DNA from: a virus
Taxonomy: Duplodnaviria; Caudoviricetes
Length of the DNA: 30,311 nt
Virus record (IMG/VR): IMGVR_UViG_3300043442_001143
Coordinates: 1-30,311 of that record
Reading direction: 5' to 3' (one strand)
Under the pieces are notes generated by a model. That model saw nothing but the letters and a program-made list of their open reading frames with translations, did not search any database and was not told the origin of the DNA. This document shows, piece by piece, positions 1-8,054 of the stretch. How positions within the stretch are numbered: the first letter of the stretch is position 1; each line of letters starts with the position of its first letter. The position numbers and the translations under genes were made by a program.

Positions 1-21
1 TTATCTTGAATTCGTAACTTT

Positions 22-270
22 ATGCCCGTATATCCTGTAGTCAATAAAACCACTGGCGAACAGAAAGAAGTGGAAATGAGTATCCACGACTGGGACCAGT
101 GGAAATCTGATAACCCTGAATGGATCCGTGATTGGTCCGATCCATCAACTTGCCCCTCTCCAGGTGAGACGGGGGAGTGGCGTGACAAACTGATTAATAA
201 GCACCCCTCATGGAACGAAGTACTAAACAAGGCAAGTAAAGCACCAAAGTCAACTGTAAAAAAACTCTAA
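22..270 (+). CDS. Small conserved phage protein upstream of phoH (FmdB-like N-terminus, Cys-poor)
   Basis: 82-aa ORF beginning MPVYPV, abutting phoH; this position is typical of T4-like cyanophages. Confidence 0.6.
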   Translation: MPVYPVVNKTTGEQKEVEMSIHDWDQWKSDNPEWIRDWSDPSTCPSPGETGEWRDKLINKHPSWNEVLNKASKAPKSTVKKL

Positions 271-271
271 T

Positions 272-1024
272 ATGGCAAGAAGAAAAAGAGCAGAGCAACC
301 AATCGGGGTTGGTCTTACTACTCGTCAAATGAAGCGCAAAAAACCACTGAGTTCAGAATATCTTGTAGATATTGAACCACTTACTGATAATCAAAGAAAG
401 TTATTTGATTCTTATAAAGACCAAAAGCATATTGTTGCTTATGGTTGTGCTGGCACCGGCAAAACTTTTTGTCTATTGTATAATGCTTTAAAAGAAGTCT
501 TAGATGAAAGAAGTCCTTACGAAAAAGTTTATATTGTTCGATCACTAGTCCCTACTAGAGAAATTGGATTCTTGCCAGGAAGTCATGATGATAAGGCAGA
601 TATTTACCAGATTCCTTATAAGAATATGGTGAAGTATATGTTTCAGATGCCTTCAGATGCTGACTTTGAAATGCTTTATGGAAATCTGAAGTCACAAGAA
701 ACGATTAAGTTTTGGTCTACCTCTTTTATTCGTGGTGTTACATTAGATAATTGTATTATTATTGTTGATGAATTTGCTAATCTTAATTTCCATGAATTAG
801 ATTCTATTATCACCCGTGTTGGTGAAAATTGTAAAATTATGTTTTCTGGTGACGCAACACAATCTGATTTAATTAAAACAAATGAAAGAAATGGTATTGT
901 AGACTTTATGGCAGTCTTGCGTAAAATGCCTTCGTTTGATATAATTGAATTTGGTGTAGATGATATTGTTCGTTCTGGTTTGGTTCGTCAATATCTTGTA
1001 GCAAAAATGGAGGCAGGTTTTTGA
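272..1024 (+). CDS. phoH: PhoH-family ATPase
   Basis: Walker A GCAGTGKT, REIGFLPG, SFIRGVTLDNCIIIVDE, GDATQSD and DIVRSGLV are PhoH-family motifs. Confidence 0.97.
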   Translation: MARRKRAEQPIGVGLTTRQMKRKKPLSSEYLVDIEPLTDNQRKLFDSYKDQKHIVAYGCAGTGKTFCLLYNALKEVLDERSPYEKVYIVRSLVPTREIGFLPGSHDDKADIYQIPYKNMVKYMFQMPSDADFEMLYGNLKSQETIKFWSTSFIRGVTLDNCIIIVDEFANLNFHELDSIITRVGENCKIMFSGDATQSDLIKTNERNGIVDFMAVLRKMPSFDIIEFGVDDIVRSGLVRQYLVAKMEAGF

Positions 1025-1701
1025 CATTTAATCATGTTGATTTGGATTTACCCCAACTTGAAAGAACTACAATTGACGGCACAAGGTATTACTTAGTTCC
1101 TGATAATGAAGAACTACTCAGACTTGTATCAATTACTTCTGTTATTAGTCACATCAATAGAGAAAAATTTATAGGGTGGCGTAAAAAAGTAGGTGAAGAG
1201 CAAGCAAATAAAATTACAAAAAGAGCAACAAGTAGAGGAACAGACACTCATTCGTTGATAGAAAGTTATTTGTTAAATGAAACTTTACCTTCTGTTCAAC
1301 CAATTTCAGAATATCTATTTAAAATTGCTAAGGCAACATTAAATAGAATAAACAACATACATTGTCTTGAAAGTTCATTACATAGTAAAATATTGGGAGT
1401 TGCTGGAACTGTTGATACAATAGCAGAATTTGATAAAGAATTATCTGTAATTGATTATAAAACATCAAAAGAACCAAAACCAATTGAGTGGATAGAAGGT
1501 TATTTCGTCCAAGCAATGTTTTATGCTATGGCATTTTATGAAATGACAGGTATAATGGTTAAAAAACTTGTAATTATTATGACTTGCGAAAATGGGGAAT
1601 GTGTTGTTTATGAAGAAAGAAATTTGAAAAAATATATGAAACTTGTCGTAAAATACATCAAAGAATTTGTAAATGATAAATTGGTGGAGATTGCTAAATA
1701 A
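1021..1701 (+). CDS. PD-(D/E)XK exonuclease (Cas4/lambda-exo-like phage exonuclease)
   Basis: SITSVI, RGTDTH, AGTVD, VIDYKTS and YFVQAMFY motifs. TTG start overlaps the phoH stop (TTGA). Confidence 0.85.
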   Translation: MTFNHVDLDLPQLERTTIDGTRYYLVPDNEELLRLVSITSVISHINREKFIGWRKKVGEEQANKITKRATSRGTDTHSLIESYLLNETLPSVQPISEYLFKIAKATLNRINNIHCLESSLHSKILGVAGTVDTIAEFDKELSVIDYKTSKEPKPIEWIEGYFVQAMFYAMAFYEMTGIMVKKLVIIMTCENGECVVYEERNLKKYMKLVVKYIKEFVNDKLVEIAK

Positions 1702-1783
1702 AAGTGCCTGTCTGGGTCGCACTTTTCAGGTGGGGAGTTTTATGCTCCCCTTATAAATACTAATGCGACCCTGATAGAGAAAA
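1694..1783 (+). promoter_or_regulatory. Structured leader element, copy 1: CTAAATA, TGCCTG..CACTTTTCAGGT, GC hairpin, late promoter TATAAATA, complementary arm
   Basis: TCTGGGTCGCA (1711-1721) is complementary at 10/11 positions to TGCGACCCTGA (1764-1774). Hairpin GGGGAG/CTCCCC at 1732-1750; TATAAATA at 1752-1759. Homologous to 4068-4166. Confidence 0.75.
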
Positions 1784-2599
1784 ATGAATTATCTAAAACA
1801 TTATTGTAACCTCATAAGAAAGGCAGAAAACAGAACTCCTCCTGAAGGTTATACAGAAAAACATCATACATTTCCAAAAAGTATCTTTGGAAAAAATAAT
1901 AGAGTTGTTGTGCTTACGGCAAGAGAACATTATATAGCACACGCATTATTAGAGAGAATTTATATAAAAAGATATGGATTAGAAGATTGGAAATCTATTA
2001 AAATGAATAAAGCACATATTTTGATGTCTGCTGATAAGTATAGGAATGGAAGATATTGTAATTCTAGATTATTTGAAAGTGCTATTATAAGAAGTAAAAT
2101 TTTTTATAGAGGCAAAAATCATTTTAATTATGGTAAAAAACGACCAGATGCTTCGATCAGACTAAAAAGTGGAGAAAGTCACTTAAAAAATAAAGATGTT
2201 GTAGAAAAAAGAAATAAATCATTAAAAAAACTTGGTGAAAACCATCCATCTAAAAGACAATCACACCGAAATATGATGAGAAATATGTGGATAAATAATA
2301 ATCCAATGAAAAATCCAACAACACTTGAAAAAAGAAGTGGTAAAAATCATTACTTATTTAATGTAATTGGCGATAAACATCCTCTTTATGGTAGGGTTAG
2401 ACCAGAAAGTGAAAAGGAAAAAATTTCAAATTCAAAATGTAAAAATGATTATAAAATTGTAAATCCTAGTGGAGAAATTTTTTATACTAAAAATTTAACA
2501 AAATTTTGTAAAGAACATAATTTACATCCAAGTGCGATGTCTAATGTTGTAAATAAAAAAGCAAAACACCATAAAAAGTGGAAGGTTGAAAAAATTTAA
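1784..2599 (+). CDS. Free-standing HNH homing endonuclease, MobE-like, with NUMOD3-type repeats and a C-terminal DNA-binding domain
   Basis: N-terminus MNYLKHY..YTEKHHTFPKS..LTAREHYIAHALL resembles T4 MobE/MobD. Lys-rich repeats GKNHFNYGK, GENHPSK, NNPMKNP. Very AT-rich and inserted among core genes. Confidence 0.85.
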   Translation: MNYLKHYCNLIRKAENRTPPEGYTEKHHTFPKSIFGKNNRVVVLTAREHYIAHALLERIYIKRYGLEDWKSIKMNKAHILMSADKYRNGRYCNSRLFESAIIRSKIFYRGKNHFNYGKKRPDASIRLKSGESHLKNKDVVEKRNKSLKKLGENHPSKRQSHRNMMRNMWINNNPMKNPTTLEKRSGKNHYLFNVIGDKHPLYGRVRPESEKEKISNSKCKNDYKIVNPSGEIFYTKNLTKFCKEHNLHPSAMSNVVNKKAKHHKKWKVEKI

Positions 2600-2693
2600 A
2601 ATTAATGATAAAATTGTTATAAGTTTTGGTGTAAAAATGTTATTAAATTTTTTTAATTTGGAAACAAATAGTCCAGAAGAGAACAAAAAATTA

Positions 2694-2960
2694 ATGGAAA
2701 ATAAAATAGATAAAGAATTGGAAAAAGTTATAGAAAATAAGTTTCTTACACCTTCCAAGTTTGCGTTAGAAATAGAAAATATTGTAATCTGTCAAAAATG
2801 TAATTACATTGATGCTATAGTTTTATTTTGTGAGGAAAATAATCTTGAGGTAGACTCAGTAACGAAACTTGTTTCTAAACCACTTAAAGAAAGACTAAAG
2901 TGGGACGCAATTCGTCTCAACTTTATGAAGAAAACATCTAGAGCAAAACTACCACTATGA
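2694..2960 (+). CDS. gp33: Late promoter transcription co-activator gp33
   Basis: FALEIENIV..NYIDAIVLFCEENNLEVDSVTKLVSKPLKERLKWDA..LNFMK..LPL pattern. Start placed at ATG 2694 rather than the track's TTG at 2586 (inferred). Confidence 0.88.
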   Translation: MENKIDKELEKVIENKFLTPSKFALEIENIVICQKCNYIDAIVLFCEENNLEVDSVTKLVSKPLKERLKWDAIRLNFMKKTSRAKLPL

Positions 2961-3166
2961 TTTCTCGTGATGAATTAATGCACCATCGTCTTCAAGCGTG
3001 GTTGCGTGAAAATAAATCTAATGACTTAGAGTATCTTGGATATTATCAAGATACTTTTGGTCTCAATCAACATTGGTATCGTATTGGTGAACACCAAGTC
3101 ACAGTTGATTGTATTGAAGATATTGAATTTGTTGGATTTGTAGATGCTGAAAGTGACACCATTTGA
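2957..3166 (+). CDS. Hypothetical phage protein
   Basis: 69-aa ORF coupled to gp33 by an ATGA overlap and overlapping the gp59 start. Confidence 0.6.
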   Translation: MISRDELMHHRLQAWLRENKSNDLEYLGYYQDTFGLNQHWYRIGEHQVTVDCIEDIEFVGFVDAESDTI

Positions 3167-3743
3167 AACCTATCAACATTATTTGTCTTTAAAAAATCAT
3201 TTCACAAACCCCAAATACGACTTCTTTAAATATGGTGCGAAGACCCGTGCCAGTATGACTTCGTTTAACAAACGAAAAGACAAATACTGGTTCGAAAAGA
3301 CTTCGAGAAAGTATAATGATAAAGAAGTCGTAGATTTTCTTGTATCAAACTTTGTAGCAGCAGATAACCCACAAAATCTATGGATTGGTTCCTTAATAAA
3401 TGGCGGAGAACAAGTTTATTTGGACTGGAAAAAACGACAACAGAGTTTGACCTACTTATTCAAAGAGCAAAGCAACGAATTATTCTCGGAGATCAAATTA
3501 GAGGATGCTTTGAATTGTTCCAAAGGACACCCAACAATCCTCAAAAAGTTTCTAAGCGGGCAGTTGTCGCTAGAAACCTTAACAATCTACGAAAAAATAT
3601 TCCATTTCTCAAAAGACTTTGATAAAAAACTTGTGGATCCTGTGTGGGAAACCGTAAGTTTGAAAATTTCTAAGTATTCTCCTTTTCTAAATACTGACAT
3701 ATTCCAGTTCAAACGCATTTTAAGGGAAATAATCAATGAGTAA
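3144..3743 (+). CDS. gp59: Helicase loader gp59
   Basis: YLSLKNHFT..YDFFKY, SFNKRKDKYWFEK and ending KYSPFL; lies between gp33 and gp32 as in T4-like phages. Confidence 0.9.
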   Translation: MLKVTPFETYQHYLSLKNHFTNPKYDFFKYGAKTRASMTSFNKRKDKYWFEKTSRKYNDKEVVDFLVSNFVAADNPQNLWIGSLINGGEQVYLDWKKRQQSLTYLFKEQSNELFSEIKLEDALNCSKGHPTILKKFLSGQLSLETLTIYEKIFHFSKDFDKKLVDPVWETVSLKISKYSPFLNTDIFQFKRILREIINE

Positions 3744-4068
3744 CTTTTTTGATTCTGATATTATTCAAGAAGAACTGAAAGAAATCAATCAGTTACAAGA
3801 AAGTATTTACGGAAGTATTCTTACTTTTGGTATGATGTCCCGTGAAGACAAACTGGAACATATTGAAAAACTTGAAATCTTGCTTGAAAAACAAAGAGTA
3901 ATGTATACTAGATTGTCTCTTTCTGACGACCCACAAGCAGTTGAAATGAAAGAGAATCTACGCAAATCAGTCGCACTGATGGGTTTCTCACCAGAGACTG
4001 ATATGCAAGTCTTATTCAATAGTATGACCAAGACGATCCAATCCCTCAAGCAATACATTGACGGATAA
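3736..4068 (+). CDS. Conserved cyanophage protein (DUF1825-like)
   Basis: FFDSDIIQEE..LLEKQRVMYTRLSLSDDPQA..MKE motif recalled from cyanophage/cyanobacterial DUF1825 proteins. Confidence 0.7.
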   Translation: MSNFFDSDIIQEELKEINQLQESIYGSILTFGMMSREDKLEHIEKLEILLEKQRVMYTRLSLSDDPQAVEMKENLRKSVALMGFSPETDMQVLFNSMTKTIQSLKQYIDG

Positions 4069-4166
4069 TAAATAATTATGCCTGATCGGGTGACACTTTT
4101 CAGGTAGAAGGGGGCACTTGATGCCCTTTTCTTGTATAAATACTTATGTCACCCGATTAGAGTAGT
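4068..4166 (+). promoter_or_regulatory. Structured leader element, copy 2
   Basis: ATAAATA at 4068-4074. ATCGGGTGACA (4085-4095) is perfectly complementary to TGTCACCCGAT (4147-4157). Hairpin AGAAGGGGGCA/TGCCCTTTTCT at 4106-4132; TATAAATA at 4135-4142. Confidence 0.75.
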
Positions 4167-4814
4167 ATGAAACACTTTTATGTGTATTATTCCTATGAGG
4201 AATATGGTAGAGGATATATTGGAAAAAGAGAATGTAAATGTCTTCCAGAAGAGGATATAAAATATTTTGGAAGTTTTAAGGACAAGACTTTTAGACCAAC
4301 GCAGAAGATTATTTTAGAAACTTTTAATAGTGTTGAAGAAGCACTTGAAGCAGAATGTTTCCTTCACAATTTTTATGAAGTAGATAAAAATCCCCATTTT
4401 GCGAATAGGGCAAAACAAACTTCAAGAAAGTTTTATTATATTGTCCCCAGAGAATATATGGTGGGAGAAAATAACCCAGCAAAAAGACCGGAAGTTAGAA
4501 AAAAACTATCCGATACTGCTAAAACTAGAAGAGCATCTGAAGAAACTAAAAGAAAAATGAGTGAGGCACATAAAGGAAGAGTATCTCCAAAAGGAATGCT
4601 TGGTAAAAAACTTACAGAAGAGCAAAAACAAAAGATGAGAGATATAAAAGTTGCGAGAGATAATAAAACTTGGTTAATAAAAGATCCTGAGGGTAAAATA
4701 CATACTACAAATAATTTGAAATATTTTTGCAACTTAAATAATTTAACAGATTCGGCAATTCATCATGTAATTTCTGGGAAAAGAAATCACCATAAAGGAT
4801 GGACGAGGGCTTGA
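4167..4814 (+). CDS. Free-standing GIY-YIG-like homing endonuclease with NUMOD3 motif
   Basis: FYVYYSY..GYIGKR..YFGS..EALEAE..FAN fits a Seg-like GIY-YIG domain. NUMOD3-like SEETKRKMSEAHKG. C-terminal domain resembles that of 1784..2599. Confidence 0.85.
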   Translation: MKHFYVYYSYEEYGRGYIGKRECKCLPEEDIKYFGSFKDKTFRPTQKIILETFNSVEEALEAECFLHNFYEVDKNPHFANRAKQTSRKFYYIVPREYMVGENNPAKRPEVRKKLSDTAKTRRASEETKRKMSEAHKGRVSPKGMLGKKLTEEQKQKMRDIKVARDNKTWLIKDPEGKIHTTNNLKYFCNLNNLTDSAIHHVISGKRNHHKGWTRA

Positions 4815-4839
4815 CATCCCTTTATGGGTCTCCTATAAT
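4811..4839 (+). promoter_or_regulatory. Consensus sigma70-type early promoter for gp32
   Basis: TTGACA (4811-4816), 17-nt spacer, TATAAT (4834-4839). Confidence 0.85.
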
Positions 4840-4891
4840 AAAGTTGTCGAAAAACAAAACCCGACAAATCCAATTTATCCAAAAAATCTAA

Positions 4892-5818
4892 ATGTCATTC
4901 GAAAATCTTAAAAAGCAATCTAAACTAGGCAATCTCACTGCCAAACTTGTCAAAGAGGTTGAAAAGATGAATACCTCTGGTGGAAGTGAAGATGATCGTC
5001 TATGGAAATTGAGTGTAGATAAAGCAAATAATGGTTATGCCGTGATTCGTTTTCTTCCTGCCCCTGAAGGAGAAGACCTGCCTTTTGTGAAAGTTTATAG
5101 TCACGCATTTCAAGGTCCTGGGGGGTGGATTCTGGATGGATGCCTCACCACTCTGAATCAAAAGTGCCCTGTTTGTGAGCACAACTCCACTCTGTGGAAT
5201 AATGGCACTGATGCTGGTAAAGAAGTTGCCCGTAAGCAGAAACGCAAACTGACTTATGTTTCTAACATCTATGTGGTGAAGGATCCTACCAATCCCGAAA
5301 ATGAAGGTAAAGTCTTCCTCTTCAAGTATGGTAAGAAAATCTTTGACAAACTCACTGCCGCAATGCAACCTGAGTTTGAAGATGAAGAAGCAATCGATCC
5401 GTTTGACTTCTGGCAGGGTGCCAACTTCAAACTGAAGGCAAAAAACGTTGCTGGTTATCGTAACTATGATTCCAGTGAGTTTGCTCGTCCTGATGCTCTG
5501 CTGGACGATGATGATGCTCTGGAAGCAATCTGGAAGAAGCAGTATTCTCTTGCCGAGTTTGTTTCTCCTGACCAATTCAAGACTTATGATGAGATGAAGG
5601 CACGTCTTCACTCTGTGCTTGGTTCTAAGGCATCTGTAAATCTTGATGAGGAAGTTGAGTCTGAGGAAGAGTATACTCGTGGTCCTGCTCCCTCTCTGGA
5701 CGATGATCTTCGTGAGGAATTGAATAGTCTTCAACCTACTCGTCGTGCTGCGGCACCTGTGGAGGATGATGAGGACGATGATGCGCTCAACTATTTCGCC
5801 CGCCTTGCCGAAGACTGA
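4892..5818 (+). CDS. gp32: Single-stranded DNA-binding protein gp32
   Basis: GYAVIRFLP, HAF..C..CPVC zinc site, NEGKVFLFKYGKKIFDK, NYDSSEF and an acidic C-terminal tail. Confidence 0.97.
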   Translation: MSFENLKKQSKLGNLTAKLVKEVEKMNTSGGSEDDRLWKLSVDKANNGYAVIRFLPAPEGEDLPFVKVYSHAFQGPGGWILDGCLTTLNQKCPVCEHNSTLWNNGTDAGKEVARKQKRKLTYVSNIYVVKDPTNPENEGKVFLFKYGKKIFDKLTAAMQPEFEDEEAIDPFDFWQGANFKLKAKNVAGYRNYDSSEFARPDALLDDDDALEAIWKKQYSLAEFVSPDQFKTYDEMKARLHSVLGSKASVNLDEEVESEEEYTRGPAPSLDDDLREELNSLQPTRRAAAPVEDDEDDDALNYFARLAED

Positions 5819-5832
5819 TTCTGTGCTATAAT
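5805..5832 (+). promoter_or_regulatory. Putative sigma70-type promoter with extended -10
   Basis: TTGCCG (5805-5810), 16-nt spacer, TGcTATAAT (TATAAT at 5827-5832). Confidence 0.5.
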
Positions 5833-5835
5833 ACT

Positions 5836-5861
5836 GGGGAGGCAAAGGTCTCCCCTTTTTT
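5836..5861 (+). terminator. Rho-independent terminator after gp32
   Basis: GGGGAGGC-AAAG-GTCTCCCC stem followed by TTTTTT. Confidence 0.8.
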
Positions 5862-6452
5862 ATGAAATCTGATTACTATATTGACCGAATCACAAAGAAG
5901 CAGGCAGAAGACCTTCTACTGACTTATCATTACCTTAAAGATTTTTCAAAGGGATATAAATCAGGAAAAAATTATGGTTTGTTTAAGAAGAATGAGTTTT
6001 CTCCCTTAAATATTGGAGGACCAGTAGGAGTTTGTATCTTTACTGGTTTGCCAGTGCCAGAAATCGCAAAAGGTGCCTTTGGACTCGAACGAAATGAACA
6101 ACAAGGACTCTTCGAACTATCAAGACTCTGTATTCATCCACAAACTCAACAGAGTGAGTATAATATCACTTCTTGGTTTGTTTCAAAAGCGATTAGACAG
6201 TTACGAAAGGATACTGAAGTTAAAGCAATCATCTCTTACGCTGATAGTGATTTTCATTCTGGCACAATCTATCGCGCTTGTAATTTTGCATACGCAGGTC
6301 TATCAGATGCAAAAAAAGATTTCTACTATTCAGACGGAACTAAGCACTCTCGTGGAAAAGTAAAAGGTGCCGAGGGAGAATGGAGAGAGCGATCCCGTAA
6401 GCACCGTTATGTGATGATATTTGATAAAAATCTAGAATTAAAATGGAATTGA
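5862..6452 (+). CDS. Mom-like (GNAT-fold) DNA modification protein
   Basis: HYL, ELSRLC, ISYAD and HSGTIYRACNFAYAG resemble the Mu Mom family signature. Confidence 0.75.
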   Translation: MKSDYYIDRITKKQAEDLLLTYHYLKDFSKGYKSGKNYGLFKKNEFSPLNIGGPVGVCIFTGLPVPEIAKGAFGLERNEQQGLFELSRLCIHPQTQQSEYNITSWFVSKAIRQLRKDTEVKAIISYADSDFHSGTIYRACNFAYAGLSDAKKDFYYSDGTKHSRGKVKGAEGEWRERSRKHRYVMIFDKNLELKWN

Positions 6453-7130
6453 AGCTCTAGTATTTTCAGTCTTAATTAGAGTATCGTTTACATATTGTGA
6501 TGACCTATCATAAATCATCGCTTTTCTTGTGTCATTAATAACTTGCTGTAGGTATCTTGGTTTTAATACATAGATACCTCTCTTATCATTATTCTTTCTC
6601 ACTTCATATTCATAATTACTCACACCTACAACTGGGTTTGAAATATAAGTTACATTTGATCCAAGTATCGTAGAATCATTCGTATAAACATTTCCATCAT
6701 CATAGTAAGAAACTTTAAAGTCAGCATCAACAACTTGACCTGCAGGAAGAATCAGTCTATCCTCCGAATCTCTGACTTCTTTAGTTTCATAATGATGAAT
6801 CGCATTCAAGTCGTCACCATAGATTGACTCTGCGTAATCGTATATTTGCTTATCAGAAAGTGGCCATTGGTCTCTCAGTCTTGTGATTCCTGCAGATACA
6901 ATCACAACCCAGTCATACTGAGTGCTACCATAAAGTTCTTGAGCAACTAACTCTGGTCTAGACCCATCTGGAATCTGATACTTATCAAAGACAGTGAAGA
7001 CATTCTGCAAGTCGTCACGAAGTTTAACTCTACGAAATAGATTCTTGACAATTAAATATTGGTCGGACGATTTTGAATCTGGTAAAAATGATTGATATTC
7101 TAAGTTTGGAAGTTCTCTGAAGTAAGTCAT
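6438..7130 (-). CDS. gp53: Baseplate wedge subunit gp53
   Basis: YF..LP..Y, RPELVAQELYGSTQYDWVV, QWPLS, HHYET and SNYEYE..N..KRGIYVLKP. Confidence 0.92.
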   Translation of the reverse strand: MTYFRELPNLEYQSFLPDSKSSDQYLIVKNLFRRVKLRDDLQNVFTVFDKYQIPDGSRPELVAQELYGSTQYDWVVIVSAGITRLRDQWPLSDKQIYDYAESIYGDDLNAIHHYETKEVRDSEDRLILPAGQVVDADFKVSYYDDGNVYTNDSTILGSNVTYISNPVVGVSNYEYEVRKNNDKRGIYVLKPRYLQQVINDTRKAMIYDRSSQYVNDTLIKTENTRASIPF

Positions 7131-8041
7131 TAGTATCCAACTCCTGTTTCGTTTCTTTCTGGATAATCATCAGCATAAATAGGAGTCAATTCTTGGAAAG
7201 TCATTCCAAGATTCATATGCACTGGAGTTCCGTCAGAGTATGTTGCATAAGTATTAGATCCAGTAAAGTTTAACGCTAAGTCTGTAAGAGCACAAATCTT
7301 AAATTTATTCAGATATGGGTGAGGTTTTCCTCCACTCATATATTGGACCTTAAACACATTAGGTGCTTTTAAAAATAGTCCAGCAGCTGCGCCACTTTCA
7401 GTTCCTTTTCTGGCTGCCATTGCTTTTTTTAAGAAGACTACCATATCTTTAATTTGTCTTGCTTCATCAGCATCTCTAGGTGCTAAATCAAATGCAAATT
7501 GAAAGGGAGCACGAAGATTTAGACCTCTAAACAAGAGCTCAATGTTTTCATTGAATACTGCCCCCGTGTTCCTTGCTAACACATCATTAAACAAACCATC
7601 TTGTCCCAATAAACTTTCGACTGCTTTTGAAGCAAAAAAACTTTGCGCTGTTTTTTGCCCCAAAGATGTTGTAGCCGCATCTTTTATACCTAAAGCAGCT
7701 GCTACCAGACTAGACCCAAGAGATCCAAAAAATTCTTTTCCTTGTACAGTTTCCTGTGCAATGCCAAGAGCTAAAGTTTGTGCCGGTCCCATCTTTCCTT
7801 CACCCCAGCTTGTAGATTGAGTATTTGTAGGAACACTCTGAGGAACGGGAAGAATTACAGTTCCTTGTATCTGTTTACTACCTAAACTTTTATATGTGTT
7901 ATCAGAACTATTTTGAGCAAAGGAAAATGCTCCCTCTGTGGGAAGATTAAGTCTAGGTTGTTCATACTTATAAGCATCAATCTTTACATAATCCGTATTA
8001 TTCTCTAATCTTTTTAATGGATATCTGTATATTGGTGCCAT
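7130..8041 (-). CDS. gp48: Baseplate tail tube cap gp48
   Basis: NENIELLFRG..LRAPFQFAFDLAPRDADEA..I, FLKAPNVF, CALTD and MTFQELTPIY. Confidence 0.85.
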   Translation of the reverse strand: MAPIYRYPLKRLENNTDYVKIDAYKYEQPRLNLPTEGAFSFAQNSSDNTYKSLGSKQIQGTVILPVPQSVPTNTQSTSWGEGKMGPAQTLALGIAQETVQGKEFFGSLGSSLVAAALGIKDAATTSLGQKTAQSFFASKAVESLLGQDGLFNDVLARNTGAVFNENIELLFRGLNLRAPFQFAFDLAPRDADEARQIKDMVVFLKKAMAARKGTESGAAAGLFLKAPNVFKVQYMSGGKPHPYLNKFKICALTDLALNFTGSNTYATYSDGTPVHMNLGMTFQELTPIYADDYPERNETGVGY

Positions 8042-8054
8042 TTATTTTTTTGAA

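Noticed and set aside
1015-1024. T-run at the phoH/exonuclease junction as a frameshift site
   Set aside because: No in-phase X XXY YYZ heptamer or stimulator seen; TTGA stop/start overlap (translational coupling) explains it.
2586-2693. N-terminal extension of gp33 from TTG 2586
   Set aside because: Low-complexity AT-rich sequence overlapping the HNH stop; recognisable gp33 similarity starts near ATG 2694.
1702-4814. Group I introns hosting the two homing endonucleases
   Set aside because: Flanking genes appear intact with their own stops and starts, and the non-coding flanks are too short for a ribozyme core.
5000-5845. 281-aa antisense ORF over gp32
   Set aside because: It is the mirror of a highly codon-biased gene, with no recognisable motif or RBS; best explained as a shadow ORF.
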